Source of the DNA: Candidatus Woykebacteria bacterium RBG_13_40_15
Lineage (GTDB): Bacteria > Patescibacteriota > Microgenomatia > Woykebacterales > RBG-16-39-9b
Length of the DNA stretch: 64,000 nucleotides
Assembly: GCA_001816655.1 (NCBI GenBank)
Contig: MHCP01000025.1
Span: forward strand, 78,428 to 142,427
Direction: 5' to 3'
Below, in pieces: positions 44,355 through 55,111 of the stretch; positions within the stretch are counted from its first letter, which is position 1; each line of letters begins with the position of its first letter. A program made the translations under genes and the position numbers. Under the pieces are notes generated by a model. It was not told where the DNA came from, searched no databases, and was given only the letters and a program-made list of their open reading frames with translations.

Positions 44355-45637
44355 CCAAAGAAATAACTTCCAAGCAAAAACAAACTAGCCACACTCATCA
44401 CAATAAGTGTAGTAGTCCCAAAAATGTTCGATAAAGCCCCGTTGGTCCTCTGCCCTAACACATTTTTATTATTCCCAATAAAAAGTATCAGTAGTATTAA
44501 CGGTGGGGCAATTAGCCCATTTATCACAGCAGTTATAAAAAGCATTTCTATTGGATTTATTCCAAGAAAATTTATCAATAAGCCAATTAACGTAGCAACA
44601 ATAATCACGCCATAAAATCCATGTGCCCTTTTGAATTTCAGGTATAAACCCTCCCTCCAGCCAAAAGACTCGCTAAGTGCATATGCGGCACTGCCTGCAA
44701 GTACAGGAACAGCTAGTAAACCAAGCCCAACTACCCCTAAAGCAAAGAAAAGCTTTGCTAAAAATCCAGCAAATGGGAAAGCTCTAACCAATGGCTCTAT
44801 AGCAGATGCAGCTTCCTGAGCACTATTAATTGAGGTTTTTCCCGACAAGTGAAGCGTAGCGTAAGTTGTAACGATAATAAAAAACGTCGCTAAATTGCTC
44901 CAAAACATACCAATGGCCGTATCAAATCTTAGGTTAGACAAACTTCCTCGGAGTAATTTTGGTTTCCCTCGTCCGGGAGCTATAATCTCGTGTTTTTCGA
45001 CTTCCTCCTCTACTTCCTCGCTAGCCTGCCAGAAAAAAAGATAGGGGGAAATAGTAGTTCCAGCAAATGCGACAATAGCGGCTAAAAAACCTGTGTTGAA
45101 TTCAATACTTGGCCTAAACAAACTTCCAACTACTTTGATCCAATCGGGCTGGACGACAAAAGCAGTTAAAATATAGACCACCAAAACAGCGGCTAACCAT
45201 TTCAACACTTTTGAATAAGATTTATAAGGAAGAGATATTTCAAGGGTGATTATTAAAATAGTAAACAGAACTGCCCAAGCAACAAACGGAATTGGAATAA
45301 TCATATTGGCGCTTGCAGCCATCGCCCCAATATCAGCACCAATATTTATAACATTAGCGACCAAAAGGAGAAGTACGGCAGCATACATAAAAGGTTTGGC
45401 GTAATGCAATCTCAGTACTCCAGCCAAACCCTGACCAGTAACAAGTCCGATCCTGCCGCACATTTCCTGTGTTGCGACCATCAAAGGATACAAAAATAAG
45501 GTCAGCCAATTTAAAGCCAAACCAAATGCCGCACCAGCAATCGAATAAGTGGCAATTCCCGATGGATCGTCATCAGAGGCGCCCGTAATAACTCCAGGAC
45601 CAAGTTTCGCAAAAAACCTCTTTACGTTCTTAAACAT
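44351..45637 (-). CDS. mntH: NRAMP-family divalent metal transporter
   Basis: GASDDDPSGIATYSIAGAAFG matches the Nramp DPGN(I/S) motif. About 11 TM helices. Confidence 0.75.
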   Translation of the reverse strand: MFKNVKRFFAKLGPGVITGASDDDPSGIATYSIAGAAFGLALNWLTLFLYPLMVATQEMCGRIGLVTGQGLAGVLRLHYAKPFMYAAVLLLLVANVINIGADIGAMAASANMIIPIPFVAWAVLFTILIITLEISLPYKSYSKVLKWLAAVLVVYILTAFVVQPDWIKVVGSLFRPSIEFNTGFLAAIVAFAGTTISPYLFFWQASEEVEEEVEKHEIIAPGRGKPKLLRGSLSNLRFDTAIGMFWSNLATFFIIVTTYATLHLSGKTSINSAQEAASAIEPLVRAFPFAGFLAKLFFALGVVGLGLLAVPVLAGSAAYALSESFGWREGLYLKFKRAHGFYGVIIVATLIGLLINFLGINPIEMLFITAVINGLIAPPLILLILFIGNNKNVLGQRTNGALSNIFGTTTLIVMSVASLFLLGSYFFG

Positions 45638-46259
45638 CTGCTCTCTTTAATTTATGATAGATGTAATAGCCAACAAGTAAAATACCTAAAATAACGATAA
45701 CAAAATCAAATTTGTGAAAATAAGGACCTAGAATATCCCAATTCTCTCCCAGTAAAAATCCAATGTAGGCAAGGATAAAAGACCAAATTAAAGAACCCAT
45801 AAAAGTCAGAATCGAAAATTTAACAATCGGGTAACGAGCAATCCCAGCCGGCAAGGAAATATAGGTTCTAATGGCCGGCATTACTCTAGAACCTAAAACA
45901 ATCCATGAACCGTACTTGTTGAAATATTTTTCAGAGGAATCGAGATCACTTTCTGTAAAGAGAATGAATTTTCCAACCTTCCGAACCAATCTTCTTACAA
46001 TCCGCTCGTGACCCCAGTAACCAAGAGCATAAGCCGCCAAGGATCCCACAAGATTACCTAAAGCGCCAGCAATTGAAACAAAAATCAAATTAAATTTGCC
46101 CGTAAACACCAAATAACCGGAAAATGGCATTATTATCTCGGAAGGAAGAGGAATGAGGGCCGATTCAATCGCCATTGCTAACCCGACACCAAAATATCCA
46201 AGATGGGAAATAATTGAAATTATAAATAAAGAAACTAAATTTAAAACTTGGCTTATCAA
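45630..46259 (-). CDS. DedA/SNARE-associated family membrane protein
   Basis: Has the GxxxV/ALPLP..EIIMPFSGY and YISLPAGIARYP blocks typical of DedA. Confidence 0.65.
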   Translation of the reverse strand: MISQVLNLVSLFIISIISHLGYFGVGLAMAIESALIPLPSEIIMPFSGYLVFTGKFNLIFVSIAGALGNLVGSLAAYALGYWGHERIVRRLVRKVGKFILFTESDLDSSEKYFNKYGSWIVLGSRVMPAIRTYISLPAGIARYPIVKFSILTFMGSLIWSFILAYIGFLLGENWDILGPYFHKFDFVIVILGILLVGYYIYHKLKRADV

Positions 46260-46265
46260 TTTATT

Positions 46266-47111
46266 TTAGATAAATTCCTTCAAAAGCTCGTCTATTTTTA
46301 TATCTTTAAGTGGCTTTTCAACAAGGGTGTCTTCTTTTAACTGAGGCAGTTGATCCGTAAAAGCTGGTTTTTCTTCCTGATAGAAAACACCAACTGGTAT
46401 TTTTTCGCTCCATTCAAAAGTCTTTTTGATTGCTGCTTCTTTATCCTTTTCCGCCTTTTCCAATTTGTAAATTTTTTCTCGCAAAAAATCGAAATTGTGC
46501 ACTTTTTCGAAAGTTAAACATGGTTGTAAAACATCGATTAGTGAAAATCCACTGTGTTCTATTCCTGCACAAATTAAATCGCGAAGAGCGTCTGTATCTC
46601 CAGCAAATCCCCTAGAGACAAAGCTTGCTCCGGAAATTATTGCCGTAGCTAGTGGATTTAGCGGCTCTTCAATCACACCAAGCGGTGTTGATTTAGTTTT
46701 CGTACCTTTTTCACTTGTCGGGGAAGCCTGTCCAGTTGTCAGCCCGTAGATTTCGTTATTGTGAACAATTACTGTAATATCGTGATTTCCTCGTGCCGCG
46801 GAAAGAAGATGGTTTACCCCCTCGCCGTATGTATCGCCATCCCCAACAATTACTACCACTTTCAACCTATGGTTTGCCATCTTTACCCCACAAGCGACTG
46901 GAATAGATCTACCATGCAAACTCCCAACCCCATAAACGTTTAAAAAATTTGCCATATTGCCATGACAACCAATACCATAAACGACAACAATCTCTTCCTG
47001 TGAAGTATTTAGTTTTACGAATGCGTTTTTGAGCGACTGCCAAATACCGTAGTTCCCACAACCCGGGCACCAAGTCGGTTTATGGCCGGTTTCAAAATCG
47101 TGTGCTTCCAT
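46266..47111 (-). CDS. korB: 2-oxoacid:ferredoxin oxidoreductase, beta (TPP-binding) subunit
   Basis: WCPGCGNYGI and GDGD...NN are TPP-binding signatures. Confidence 0.8.
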   Translation of the reverse strand: MEAHDFETGHKPTWCPGCGNYGIWQSLKNAFVKLNTSQEEIVVVYGIGCHGNMANFLNVYGVGSLHGRSIPVACGVKMANHRLKVVVIVGDGDTYGEGVNHLLSAARGNHDITVIVHNNEIYGLTTGQASPTSEKGTKTKSTPLGVIEEPLNPLATAIISGASFVSRGFAGDTDALRDLICAGIEHSGFSLIDVLQPCLTFEKVHNFDFLREKIYKLEKAEKDKEAAIKKTFEWSEKIPVGVFYQEEKPAFTDQLPQLKEDTLVEKPLKDIKIDELLKEFI

Positions 47112-48896
47112 TTAAACCGCCTCCTTTGCTGCTTTCGCAATTTCTTCTGGATAAAAAGGCCGCCCATCGAATTTCAAGAGGCCTCTTTTTATTTCTATGC
47201 CTGTTTTTTCCCTTATCAACCTAGCTAGCTGACCGGTGTAATTTCCTTCACAAATAAGTGTTTTTTTAGCGGAGCTTAAAATTTTTGCTGTAGCTTCAAT
47301 TGGGAAGGGGCTAATATAAACAAAATGTAAAAAGTTTGCTGAAATCCCTTCCTGCTTCAAAAGATCCAAAGCCTTCAAGATAGGCCCTTTGGAAGAACCC
47401 CAACCTACCAGAGTAATTTTAGCTTCTACCTCGCCATACAAGGTTGGCCCGGGAAGTCCGTTACTTGCCGTAACTAGTTTCTTCATCCTTTTTGTCATCA
47501 TCGAAACTCTATTATCCGGATCTTCAGAAACAAATCCAAATTCATCGTGCTCATAACTATTAGCTACGTACTTTCCACTTTTTTGACCGGGTAAGGAGCG
47601 AGGAGAGACCCCTGTCTCGGTAAATTCATACCTTTTGTAATTTTCTGTATTCAAAAGTTCGCTTTCCGAAAGAATTCCCCCTTCTTCAATTTTAATCTTA
47701 TTTGTATCGAACTCTTCTGTTCCATATATACTTTCACCAAGGAATTTATCGGACAAAATCATTACTGTCGTCTGATATTCGGCCGCCAGGTTAAAAGCCT
47801 GGGCTGTTCCATAAAAAGCCCCAGCTGGATCTCCTGGTGCAATAATTATTTTTGGAAACTCGTCTTGGCCTGCATACATTACAAAATCAAGATCGGGTTG
47901 CCCAGTCCAAGTCGGCATCCCAGTTGCAGGACCGGGTCTTTGAACATTGATAACGACGAGAGGAGTTTCAAGTATTCCTGCCAAACCGTAACTTTCCGCC
48001 ATTAAAGCAAACCCGCCCCCGGATGTACCAACCGCAGTTCTAACCCCTGCGAAAGAACCTCCAATTGCCATATCAATTGCCTCTATTTCATCGGCGCAGT
48101 GTTTAACAATCATATCCGCCTTTAACTGATGATCTGCCAAATAGTGCAAGATTGAAGAACTTGGCGTCATTGGGTAACTGACATACATTTTGCAGCCGGC
48201 AGCTATCGCGCCAAGAGCAATCGCTTCATTTCCACTCATCACAAATTTCGGGGGGCCATCAAGCTTTTCAAGCTTAAACGAGAAGTGGTCGGCATATTTT
48301 TCCCTAACGTAGTCGTACCCACCTCTTGCCGATTTAATGTTTAGATTAACTACCTGTTCACCTTTCTGCCTAAAAGTATTGGTTAAAACAGACGAAAGAT
48401 ATTGAAAATCCAAACCTACCAATGCAAGAGCCGCTCCTAAAGCTACTGTGTTAACAACTAATTTACCGCCACCAACCTCTGTGGCAATTTTTTCCAACGG
48501 AACGGGATATAAAAAGACGTTCTTCTTCTCAAATTCTGAAGACTCTAATTTGAATTCCTCATCATTAAAAATGACACCTGAGAAAGGCCCTAAATTAGCC
48601 CCATCAACATCTACAGTATTTTTATTTAAAGCAATTAAAAGATCGACTTGCTTTTCAGGAGCAAAGTAAGGCTTGCTTGTAACTTTTATTTGATAGGTAT
48701 TGTGCCCACCCCTTACCAAGGATGGGTATTCAACATAACCGAAGGTTGAAAGCCCTGCTCTATTCACTGCTTTTGCAAAGATAAGTCCCGAAGCCATTAT
48801 CCCAAAACCGGCCTCGCCGCCAATTTTAAGGTTTAGGTCGTTAATTTTTATTTTTCTACCATTGGCCTTGAATGGGTTTTGGAGTAGGGCAACCAT
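47112..48896 (-). CDS. korA: 2-oxoacid:ferredoxin oxidoreductase, alpha subunit (fused gamma–alpha type)
   Basis: N-terminal gamma-like domain plus the pyrimidine-binding alpha domain. It is directly upstream of and contiguous with the beta subunit. Confidence 0.8.
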   Translation of the reverse strand: MVALLQNPFKANGRKIKINDLNLKIGGEAGFGIMASGLIFAKAVNRAGLSTFGYVEYPSLVRGGHNTYQIKVTSKPYFAPEKQVDLLIALNKNTVDVDGANLGPFSGVIFNDEEFKLESSEFEKKNVFLYPVPLEKIATEVGGGKLVVNTVALGAALALVGLDFQYLSSVLTNTFRQKGEQVVNLNIKSARGGYDYVREKYADHFSFKLEKLDGPPKFVMSGNEAIALGAIAAGCKMYVSYPMTPSSSILHYLADHQLKADMIVKHCADEIEAIDMAIGGSFAGVRTAVGTSGGGFALMAESYGLAGILETPLVVINVQRPGPATGMPTWTGQPDLDFVMYAGQDEFPKIIIAPGDPAGAFYGTAQAFNLAAEYQTTVMILSDKFLGESIYGTEEFDTNKIKIEEGGILSESELLNTENYKRYEFTETGVSPRSLPGQKSGKYVANSYEHDEFGFVSEDPDNRVSMMTKRMKKLVTASNGLPGPTLYGEVEAKITLVGWGSSKGPILKALDLLKQEGISANFLHFVYISPFPIEATAKILSSAKKTLICEGNYTGQLARLIREKTGIEIKRGLLKFDGRPFYPEEIAKAAKEAV

Positions 48897-48947
48897 TTGT
48901 GATAGGATAACAAGTAAATTATACAGGAAGCTGCCTGCCTAATCAAT

Positions 48948-49628
48948 ATGATAGGAACATTATTTTTAGTCGCAACACCAATAGGAAATCTTTCCGATAT
49001 TTCAAAGCGAGCAATTGAGACTTTGGAAAAGGTTGATTTAGTTGCCTGCGAGGACACAAGAAGAACAGGGCTCCTTTTGCAGCAACTTGGCTTAAAAAAG
49101 AATTTGATTTCCTATTACGAAGAAAATGAGCTTAAACAAATTCCAAATATAGTCAACGAGTTAAAAGCGGGCAAAAATGTCGCTCTCGTCACTGATTCCG
49201 GAACTCCTAGTGTTTCTGATCCTGGATTTAGACTTGTTCGCAAAGCAGTTGCAAACGGAATAAATGTTGATTCAATCCCTGGTCCCTCCGCAGTTTTAAC
49301 CGCTTTGACAATTTCAAGCCTACCAACCAATCAATTTTTCTTTTTCGGCTTTCCTCCACCAAAAGAAGGCAAACGAAAAGAACTGTTTTCGAAAATTAAA
49401 GAGATGCAAAAAATATCAAAATTTACGGCAATTTTCTTTGAATCTCCTTATAAACTAATTACCAACCTAACTAACCTGCAGGAAATTTTTGGTGATATTG
49501 ATATTGTAATCTGTCGGGAATTAACAAAAGTTTATCAAGAAGTTCGCCGGGAAAAAGTTTCTCAAAGTCTGGAGCACTTCTCAAAACAAAAACCCAAAGG
49601 CGAATTCACAATTCTTTTCTACAATTAA
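48948..49628 (+). CDS. rsmI: 16S rRNA (cytidine1402-2'-O)-methyltransferase RsmI
   Basis: Tetrapyrrole-methylase fold: LFLVATPIGNLSDIS...VACEDTRRT...DSGTPSVSDPG. Confidence 0.85.
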   Translation: MIGTLFLVATPIGNLSDISKRAIETLEKVDLVACEDTRRTGLLLQQLGLKKNLISYYEENELKQIPNIVNELKAGKNVALVTDSGTPSVSDPGFRLVRKAVANGINVDSIPGPSAVLTALTISSLPTNQFFFFGFPPPKEGKRKELFSKIKEMQKISKFTAIFFESPYKLITNLTNLQEIFGDIDIVICRELTKVYQEVRREKVSQSLEHFSKQKPKGEFTILFYN

Positions 49629-49657
49629 CTAACTCTTCCTTCGTTAATAACCCATAG

Positions 49658-50170
49658 TTGACTTTGGAGCACTTTTTTGCTATATTTTCACTGCCAACGA
49701 TTCAGGCGTTCAAAAGACGTACTGTTCTCGTTAGGCAACAAAAGGAGGAAGGGGCAATGCCCGGAGCAGTCAGACACACATTGTGGGCGCTTCAAGAGGT
49801 GATCGAAGCCCAATCGGCAAGGGAGTGGTTCCCCCTCTCGGAGGGAGACCAACTAGGAGACATGGTGGACGGACTGAAGCCATTTCTAGACGACCTAAGC
49901 GGAAAGATCGCAGGCATAAACCTGAAAGGTGTTCCTCTCAAAACAGACGAGGGGTGCACTTACCTTCTCTCAGAAGAAGGGAAATTCTACTGTGTGCGCA
50001 CCGGATCAACCGAAGAGGTAAGCTGGAGAGAAATCGCTGAAGAAGTCGGGGTACTCGAAGTCGGACGAGCACTCGCTAATGCGTTGATTTCGAGGTTAGA
50101 ACAGTACCGTGAGCTTCACAACCTGTGGGAACAAACCTTCAACAAAGTGAAGCCGCTAATCGAGAGTTAA
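49658..50170 (+). CDS. hypothetical protein in a GC-rich segment
   Basis: ORF only. The likely start is the internal MPGAVRHT. Confidence 0.3.
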   Translation: MTLEHFFAIFSLPTIQAFKRRTVLVRQQKEEGAMPGAVRHTLWALQEVIEAQSAREWFPLSEGDQLGDMVDGLKPFLDDLSGKIAGINLKGVPLKTDEGCTYLLSEEGKFYCVRTGSTEEVSWREIAEEVGVLEVGRALANALISRLEQYRELHNLWEQTFNKVKPLIES

Positions 50171-50435
50171 AACTCTCTTCCTGTCCCTTTCTGTCCCGTT
50201 TCCTTTCTTCTAAGTAAGGAAGGTTAAGGAGAAAGAAGATCCTTATTAGGATCTAGTTGACAGGCAGCAGAATCATTATAGGGAGATAATAAAGCTCCTG
50301 GAGTTATCACTCCCTGTTGCCTTAACCTAAGAAACTCATTTTAAAAAATGGGTGGTTTAGGAGGAAAAACGAGTCGTCCATCCTTCGTCAAAACTACGGA
50401 GGATAAAAAGGGCTCGTTTTTCTTTTGGTTGAGAT

Positions 50436-52238
50436 CTAATACTCTTCAAGAGTCGAGGTGTCACCAATTGGCTGGCCAAGTTCCTTGGCCTTCAGGAGTC
50501 GGCGCATAATTTTACCGCTGCGAGTCTTTGGTAGTTTATCGACAAATTCTACTTCTCTTGGGTACGCGTGTCCTGCAAGGTGTTTCTTCACAAATTGGCC
50601 AAGTTCTTCTTTCAATTGATCTGTTTTCTCAACACCAGGCTCTAGAACAACAAAGGCCTTGATTATTTCACCGCGAAGCTCATCCGGTTTTCCAATAACA
50701 CCTGCTTCTACAACTCCCGGGTGTTCAATCAGAGCAGATTCTACTTCAAATGGACCAACACGCTCCCCTGCCGTCTTTATAACATCATCGCTTCGGCCGA
50801 TAAACCAGAAATAGCCATCTTCGTCTTTGAAAGCCTTGTCTCCAGAGTAATACCAAGGAGCTGTTTTTGGATCCAGCAATAAGGATTTGTCCTCTGTTTC
50901 CTTCCACTTCTCCTCCACCGCTGGGGGAGTGAAATAACTTTTGTATTTTGATTCATTATTCCAAATCATCCTCATCATTGCAGGCCAGCCTGGCTTCAAA
51001 ACAAGGTTTCCTTCCTCTTTTATTTTTACTGGGTTCCCGTTGTCATCAACAATGTCAGCGTGAACTCCTGGGATTGGTTTGCCCATTGATCCCGGTTTTA
51101 TCGGCATCGTCGGGTAGTTCGCGATTAAAATACCACCGCCCTCTGTCTGCCACCAGTTGTCATGGAAAGGAAGCCCAAAGATTTCGTTGCTCCACAAAAC
51201 CGCTTCTGGATTTAGAGGCTCACCAACACTCGCGAGATATCGAAGTGAGGAAAGATCATATTTTTTAATTAAATCGTCCCCTGCTGCTTTTAACATTCGG
51301 ATGGCAGTCGGCGCCGTGTACCAAACAGAAACTTTGTATTTCTGAATTATTTCATACCACTTCCCGGCATCAAACCGACCAGCGAAAATTACCTCTGTCG
51401 CTGCATTGGACCAACTGCCTAAAATTTCATAAGCAATACCAGTCACCCAGCCCGGATCCGCAGTGCACCAGTAAATATCCTCGTCGTGGAGATCCAATGC
51501 CCACTTTGCTGTCATATGTTGTTGAATTATCGTGTTGTGCGCATGAACCACACCTTTTGGCTTACCTGTAGTCCCAGAAGTGTAGAGCATGAAAGCTAAA
51601 TCATCTTTACTTGTTTTTTCGATATCAAACTCTTCGCCTGCTCCTTCCATCTTTTGCTTGTAATCAATTTCGAAATCTTCTTTCGGGGAACGATCAACAA
51701 TAATTACTTTTTCCAAAGCTGGCAAATCTTTCTTGACCTGATAAACCCGCTCAGCTAGTTCCGAATCCGTTACTAGAAATCTCGCACCACTATCCTTAAG
51801 CCTGTCAGCAATCGCCTGAGGACCAAAGGCTGAAAACATGGTTCCGGCAACAGCCCCTGTTTTCAAAACTCCCAGAAATGAAACGAAAAGCGCTGGGATT
51901 CTAGGCAAAAAGATAAATACCCTGTCTCCCTTTTTAACACCAAGCTCTTTTAGAACATTGGCAAATTTGTTGGTTAACTTGTATAAATCATTGAAGGTAT
52001 ATTTTTCGGTTTTATTTTCGTCTCCCTCCCAATACATCGCTACTTTATCACCTTTACCGGCCTTTACATGGCGATCAACTGCATTGTAAGCGGCATTAAT
52101 ATGAGTTTCGTCAAACCACTCAACCTCGCTTCGGAATTTCTCAATATTAAAACTCTCAAATTCTCTCTTGTAATCAGCTAAATTGGATAGTAAGCGGAGG
52201 CGGGAAGAGTCTTTGGTAATAGTTTGATCGTTTTCCAT
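50436..52238 (-). CDS. acs: AMP-forming acetyl-CoA synthetase family ligase
   Basis: YTSGTTGKPKG AMP-binding motif, WW.TEGGG and SGD.A...DGY..GR.DD blocks. Confidence 0.85.
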   Translation of the reverse strand: MENDQTITKDSSRLRLLSNLADYKREFESFNIEKFRSEVEWFDETHINAAYNAVDRHVKAGKGDKVAMYWEGDENKTEKYTFNDLYKLTNKFANVLKELGVKKGDRVFIFLPRIPALFVSFLGVLKTGAVAGTMFSAFGPQAIADRLKDSGARFLVTDSELAERVYQVKKDLPALEKVIIVDRSPKEDFEIDYKQKMEGAGEEFDIEKTSKDDLAFMLYTSGTTGKPKGVVHAHNTIIQQHMTAKWALDLHDEDIYWCTADPGWVTGIAYEILGSWSNAATEVIFAGRFDAGKWYEIIQKYKVSVWYTAPTAIRMLKAAGDDLIKKYDLSSLRYLASVGEPLNPEAVLWSNEIFGLPFHDNWWQTEGGGILIANYPTMPIKPGSMGKPIPGVHADIVDDNGNPVKIKEEGNLVLKPGWPAMMRMIWNNESKYKSYFTPPAVEEKWKETEDKSLLLDPKTAPWYYSGDKAFKDEDGYFWFIGRSDDVIKTAGERVGPFEVESALIEHPGVVEAGVIGKPDELRGEIIKAFVVLEPGVEKTDQLKEELGQFVKKHLAGHAYPREVEFVDKLPKTRSGKIMRRLLKAKELGQPIGDTSTLEEY

Positions 52239-52245
52239 ATATTCA

Positions 52246-53787
52246 TTATATCAGACTTTTTCCTGTCATTTCAGCTGGTTTATCTAAACCAAGGAGATTT
52301 AAAACAGTCGGTGAAACGTCCGCCAAAATCCCAGAGGGGATTTTTAAAATTCCTTTTCCCTCAAACTGTTTAGAGATTGCAATAAAAGGAACGGGATTGC
52401 CGGTATGTTCGGTGTTTATCTTACCAGTGACAGGATCGGTCATGTTTTCGGCATTACCATGATCTGCCGTTATTACAACAGCACCACCAAGGGGAAAAAC
52501 AGTAGCTACAATTTGTGCAAGGCAAGAATCGACAGTTTCAACTGCTTTGATAGTCGCTTCGATAGAACCAGTATGCCCCACCATATCACAATTCGCAAAA
52601 TTAACAATATAAGCATCATATAACCCGTTTTTTACTCTATCTACTATTTTGTCCGTTATTTCTTTAGCAGACATTTCGGGCTGTTTATCGTAGGTCGCAA
52701 CTTTTGGAGATGGGATGTGAATTCGGTCTTCGCCCGGAAAAGGTTCTTCTCTTCCCCCATTTATAAAATAGGTAACGTGGGCATATTTTTCAGTTTCCCC
52801 AATATGTAATTGTCTAAGATTGTTGACTGAAAGGACCGCTGCTAAAGGAAAGTCTACGATAGAAGAAGGGAAACCTACTATAACTGGTAGATTTTTTTCA
52901 TATTCCGTCATCGTAACGAAAGTGATATCTTTTAAAACTTTGTCACGGGTAAAATTATTAAAACTTGGGTCAGCAAACGCTCGTGTAAGTTGCCTTGCCC
53001 TATCTGGCCTAAAATTAAAGAAAATAATACTGTCTCCATCTTTTATTGTACAGGGTTCGTCGCCGTCAGAGATAATAATGGGTTCGATAAATTCATCCGT
53101 TACTTCATTTTTATAAGACTTTTCGATTGCTTCCAAGGGGTTCTTTACCTTTAACCCTTTTCCACCCACTAACGCATCGTAGCTTTTTTTAGTTCGATCC
53201 CAATGGTTATTTCTATCCATTGAAAGATACCGGCCCATCACTGTAGCTAGCTTACCAACGCCAATTTCTGATATTTTTCTATTTATTTCCTCAATAATTT
53301 CTTTTCCAGAAGTCGGCGATGAGTCTCGACCATCGGTAAACGCATGAACAAACACATTGCTAATATTTTGAGATTTTGCAAACCAAAGTAGACCGTAAAG
53401 ATGCTCCAAACACGAATGAACCTCACCTCTACCAACCAAACCCATTAAATGAAGTGCGCTTTCTCTTTCTTTAACTTTTTGCGCTGCAAGACAAAAGGCT
53501 TTGTTCTCCAAAAAGCTTCCTTCAGCAATTGACATATTTATTCGTGGAAGTCCCTGATAAACAATTCTTCCAGCACCGATATTAAGGTGCCCAACCTCAG
53601 AATTACCTTCTTCACCAATAGGCAAACCAACCGCCTCACCAGAAGCTAGCAGGGTTGTATTTGGATAGGCAACAGAAATTTTGTCCCAAAAAGGCTTTTT
53701 CGCTAATGAAATGGCATTACCAGGACCCGGATTTGCCACCCCCCACCCATCTAAAATTATCAGTATTACAGGCCTAACTCCACTCAT
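52246..53787 (-). CDS. gpmI: 2,3-bisphosphoglycerate-independent phosphoglycerate mutase
   Basis: ILDGWG..., SEVGHLNIGAGR and ADHGNAE are canonical iPGM motifs. Confidence 0.9.
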   Translation of the reverse strand: MSGVRPVILIILDGWGVANPGPGNAISLAKKPFWDKISVAYPNTTLLASGEAVGLPIGEEGNSEVGHLNIGAGRIVYQGLPRINMSIAEGSFLENKAFCLAAQKVKERESALHLMGLVGRGEVHSCLEHLYGLLWFAKSQNISNVFVHAFTDGRDSSPTSGKEIIEEINRKISEIGVGKLATVMGRYLSMDRNNHWDRTKKSYDALVGGKGLKVKNPLEAIEKSYKNEVTDEFIEPIIISDGDEPCTIKDGDSIIFFNFRPDRARQLTRAFADPSFNNFTRDKVLKDITFVTMTEYEKNLPVIVGFPSSIVDFPLAAVLSVNNLRQLHIGETEKYAHVTYFINGGREEPFPGEDRIHIPSPKVATYDKQPEMSAKEITDKIVDRVKNGLYDAYIVNFANCDMVGHTGSIEATIKAVETVDSCLAQIVATVFPLGGAVVITADHGNAENMTDPVTGKINTEHTGNPVPFIAISKQFEGKGILKIPSGILADVSPTVLNLLGLDKPAEMTGKSLI

Positions 53788-55034
53788 TGTTTATTTTCTA
53801 AGTATGATTCAATCTCAGCCAAACGATTGTATTTTGCTAGCCGCTCTTTTTGTAAGGGGCAGCCGGCTTTCAAAAAATCGGCATTGACAGCAACGGCTAA
53901 ATCAGAAATGAAGGTATCCATTGTCTCTCCAGCACGGTGAGAAATTATTATTTTCAATTTATTCTCAATAGCCTCTTCAATGAAATCTAGGGTCTCTGTT
54001 AATGTTCCAATTTGGTTCGGTTTAACAATCACGCCATCTATCGAATCGTCGGCTATAATTTTTCTCAATAGATCAACATTAGTTACCGTAAAGTCATCAG
54101 CTATCAAAATGCTGGCGGGAGAGAGTTTTTGTTTCGCCAACTTCCAACTATCAAAATCTTCTTCAAAAAGATCCTCAAAAGAAAATATGTTGTAGCTTTC
54201 CTGTAGTTTCTTATAAAAATCCAATAAATCATTGGCAACGAGGGGATTTTCAATATCTGTTATCTTATATTTTCCATTTTGGTAAAAAGTTGAAGCAGCT
54301 ACATCGATACCAATAGAAAAGAAACTGGCTTTGAAGGTTTCTTCTAAAACTTTTTTTAAGAAATCTATTGCTTTTTCGTTACTAGTAAAACGCGCAGCAA
54401 ATCCGCCTTCCTGTCCCAACTTTCCATCTAAACCATTTCTCTTAAGGGATACTTCCAACTTAGAAATCACTTCACCTACTGCATTTAATTTTTCTTTGGC
54501 AGTCATAAATCCGGTAGGTATAACCAAAAATTCCTGAAAATCAAGGCCACTATTCGCATGCTTCCCTCCTTCAATTAAATTCACCATTGGGGTTGGAACA
54601 GCGAATCCGGTACTTATTTTTGTTAAACCTCGCAAGTATTCGAACAGCTGAAGTTTTTGATTCGCAGCGGTCGAAACTGCTACTGCCAGTGAAACAGAAA
54701 GAATTGCATTTGCACCAAGTTTCGATTTATTCGGGGTGCCGTCAAGAGAAATCATTGTCCTATCAATTTTTTCCTGGTCATCACTATCTGTGCCCTTTAA
54801 ACTGGACTGAATTGGACCAACAACGTTTTCAACTGCCTTCAAAACCCCATTCCCATTAAACCTATTTGGATCTCCATCACGAAGTTCTAACGCCTCGTTG
54901 GTCCCAGTAGAAGTACCTCCCGGCACACAAGCTTCTCCAATTATACCATTGGAAAGAGTTACTGTTGTCTTCAATGTGGGAATACCTCGGGAGTCAAGAA
55001 TTTCTTCCGAGGAGATTTTCTCAATTACACTCAT
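53784..55034 (-). CDS. eno: enolase
   Basis: SRGIPT, SHRAGETMD and VKPNQIGTLTE. It overlaps gpmI by 4 nt, so eno–gpmI–acs form an operon. Confidence 0.9.
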   Translation of the reverse strand: MSVIEKISSEEILDSRGIPTLKTTVTLSNGIIGEACVPGGTSTGTNEALELRDGDPNRFNGNGVLKAVENVVGPIQSSLKGTDSDDQEKIDRTMISLDGTPNKSKLGANAILSVSLAVAVSTAANQKLQLFEYLRGLTKISTGFAVPTPMVNLIEGGKHANSGLDFQEFLVIPTGFMTAKEKLNAVGEVISKLEVSLKRNGLDGKLGQEGGFAARFTSNEKAIDFLKKVLEETFKASFFSIGIDVAASTFYQNGKYKITDIENPLVANDLLDFYKKLQESYNIFSFEDLFEEDFDSWKLAKQKLSPASILIADDFTVTNVDLLRKIIADDSIDGVIVKPNQIGTLTETLDFIEEAIENKLKIIISHRAGETMDTFISDLAVAVNADFLKAGCPLQKERLAKYNRLAEIESYLENKQ

Positions 55035-55111
55035 TAGGTTTATCTTATCGTTTCAATAAAATATTTACAAGAGTGGCAAAGCCTATATTCAGCAGAATTA
55101 ATCAAAATTAT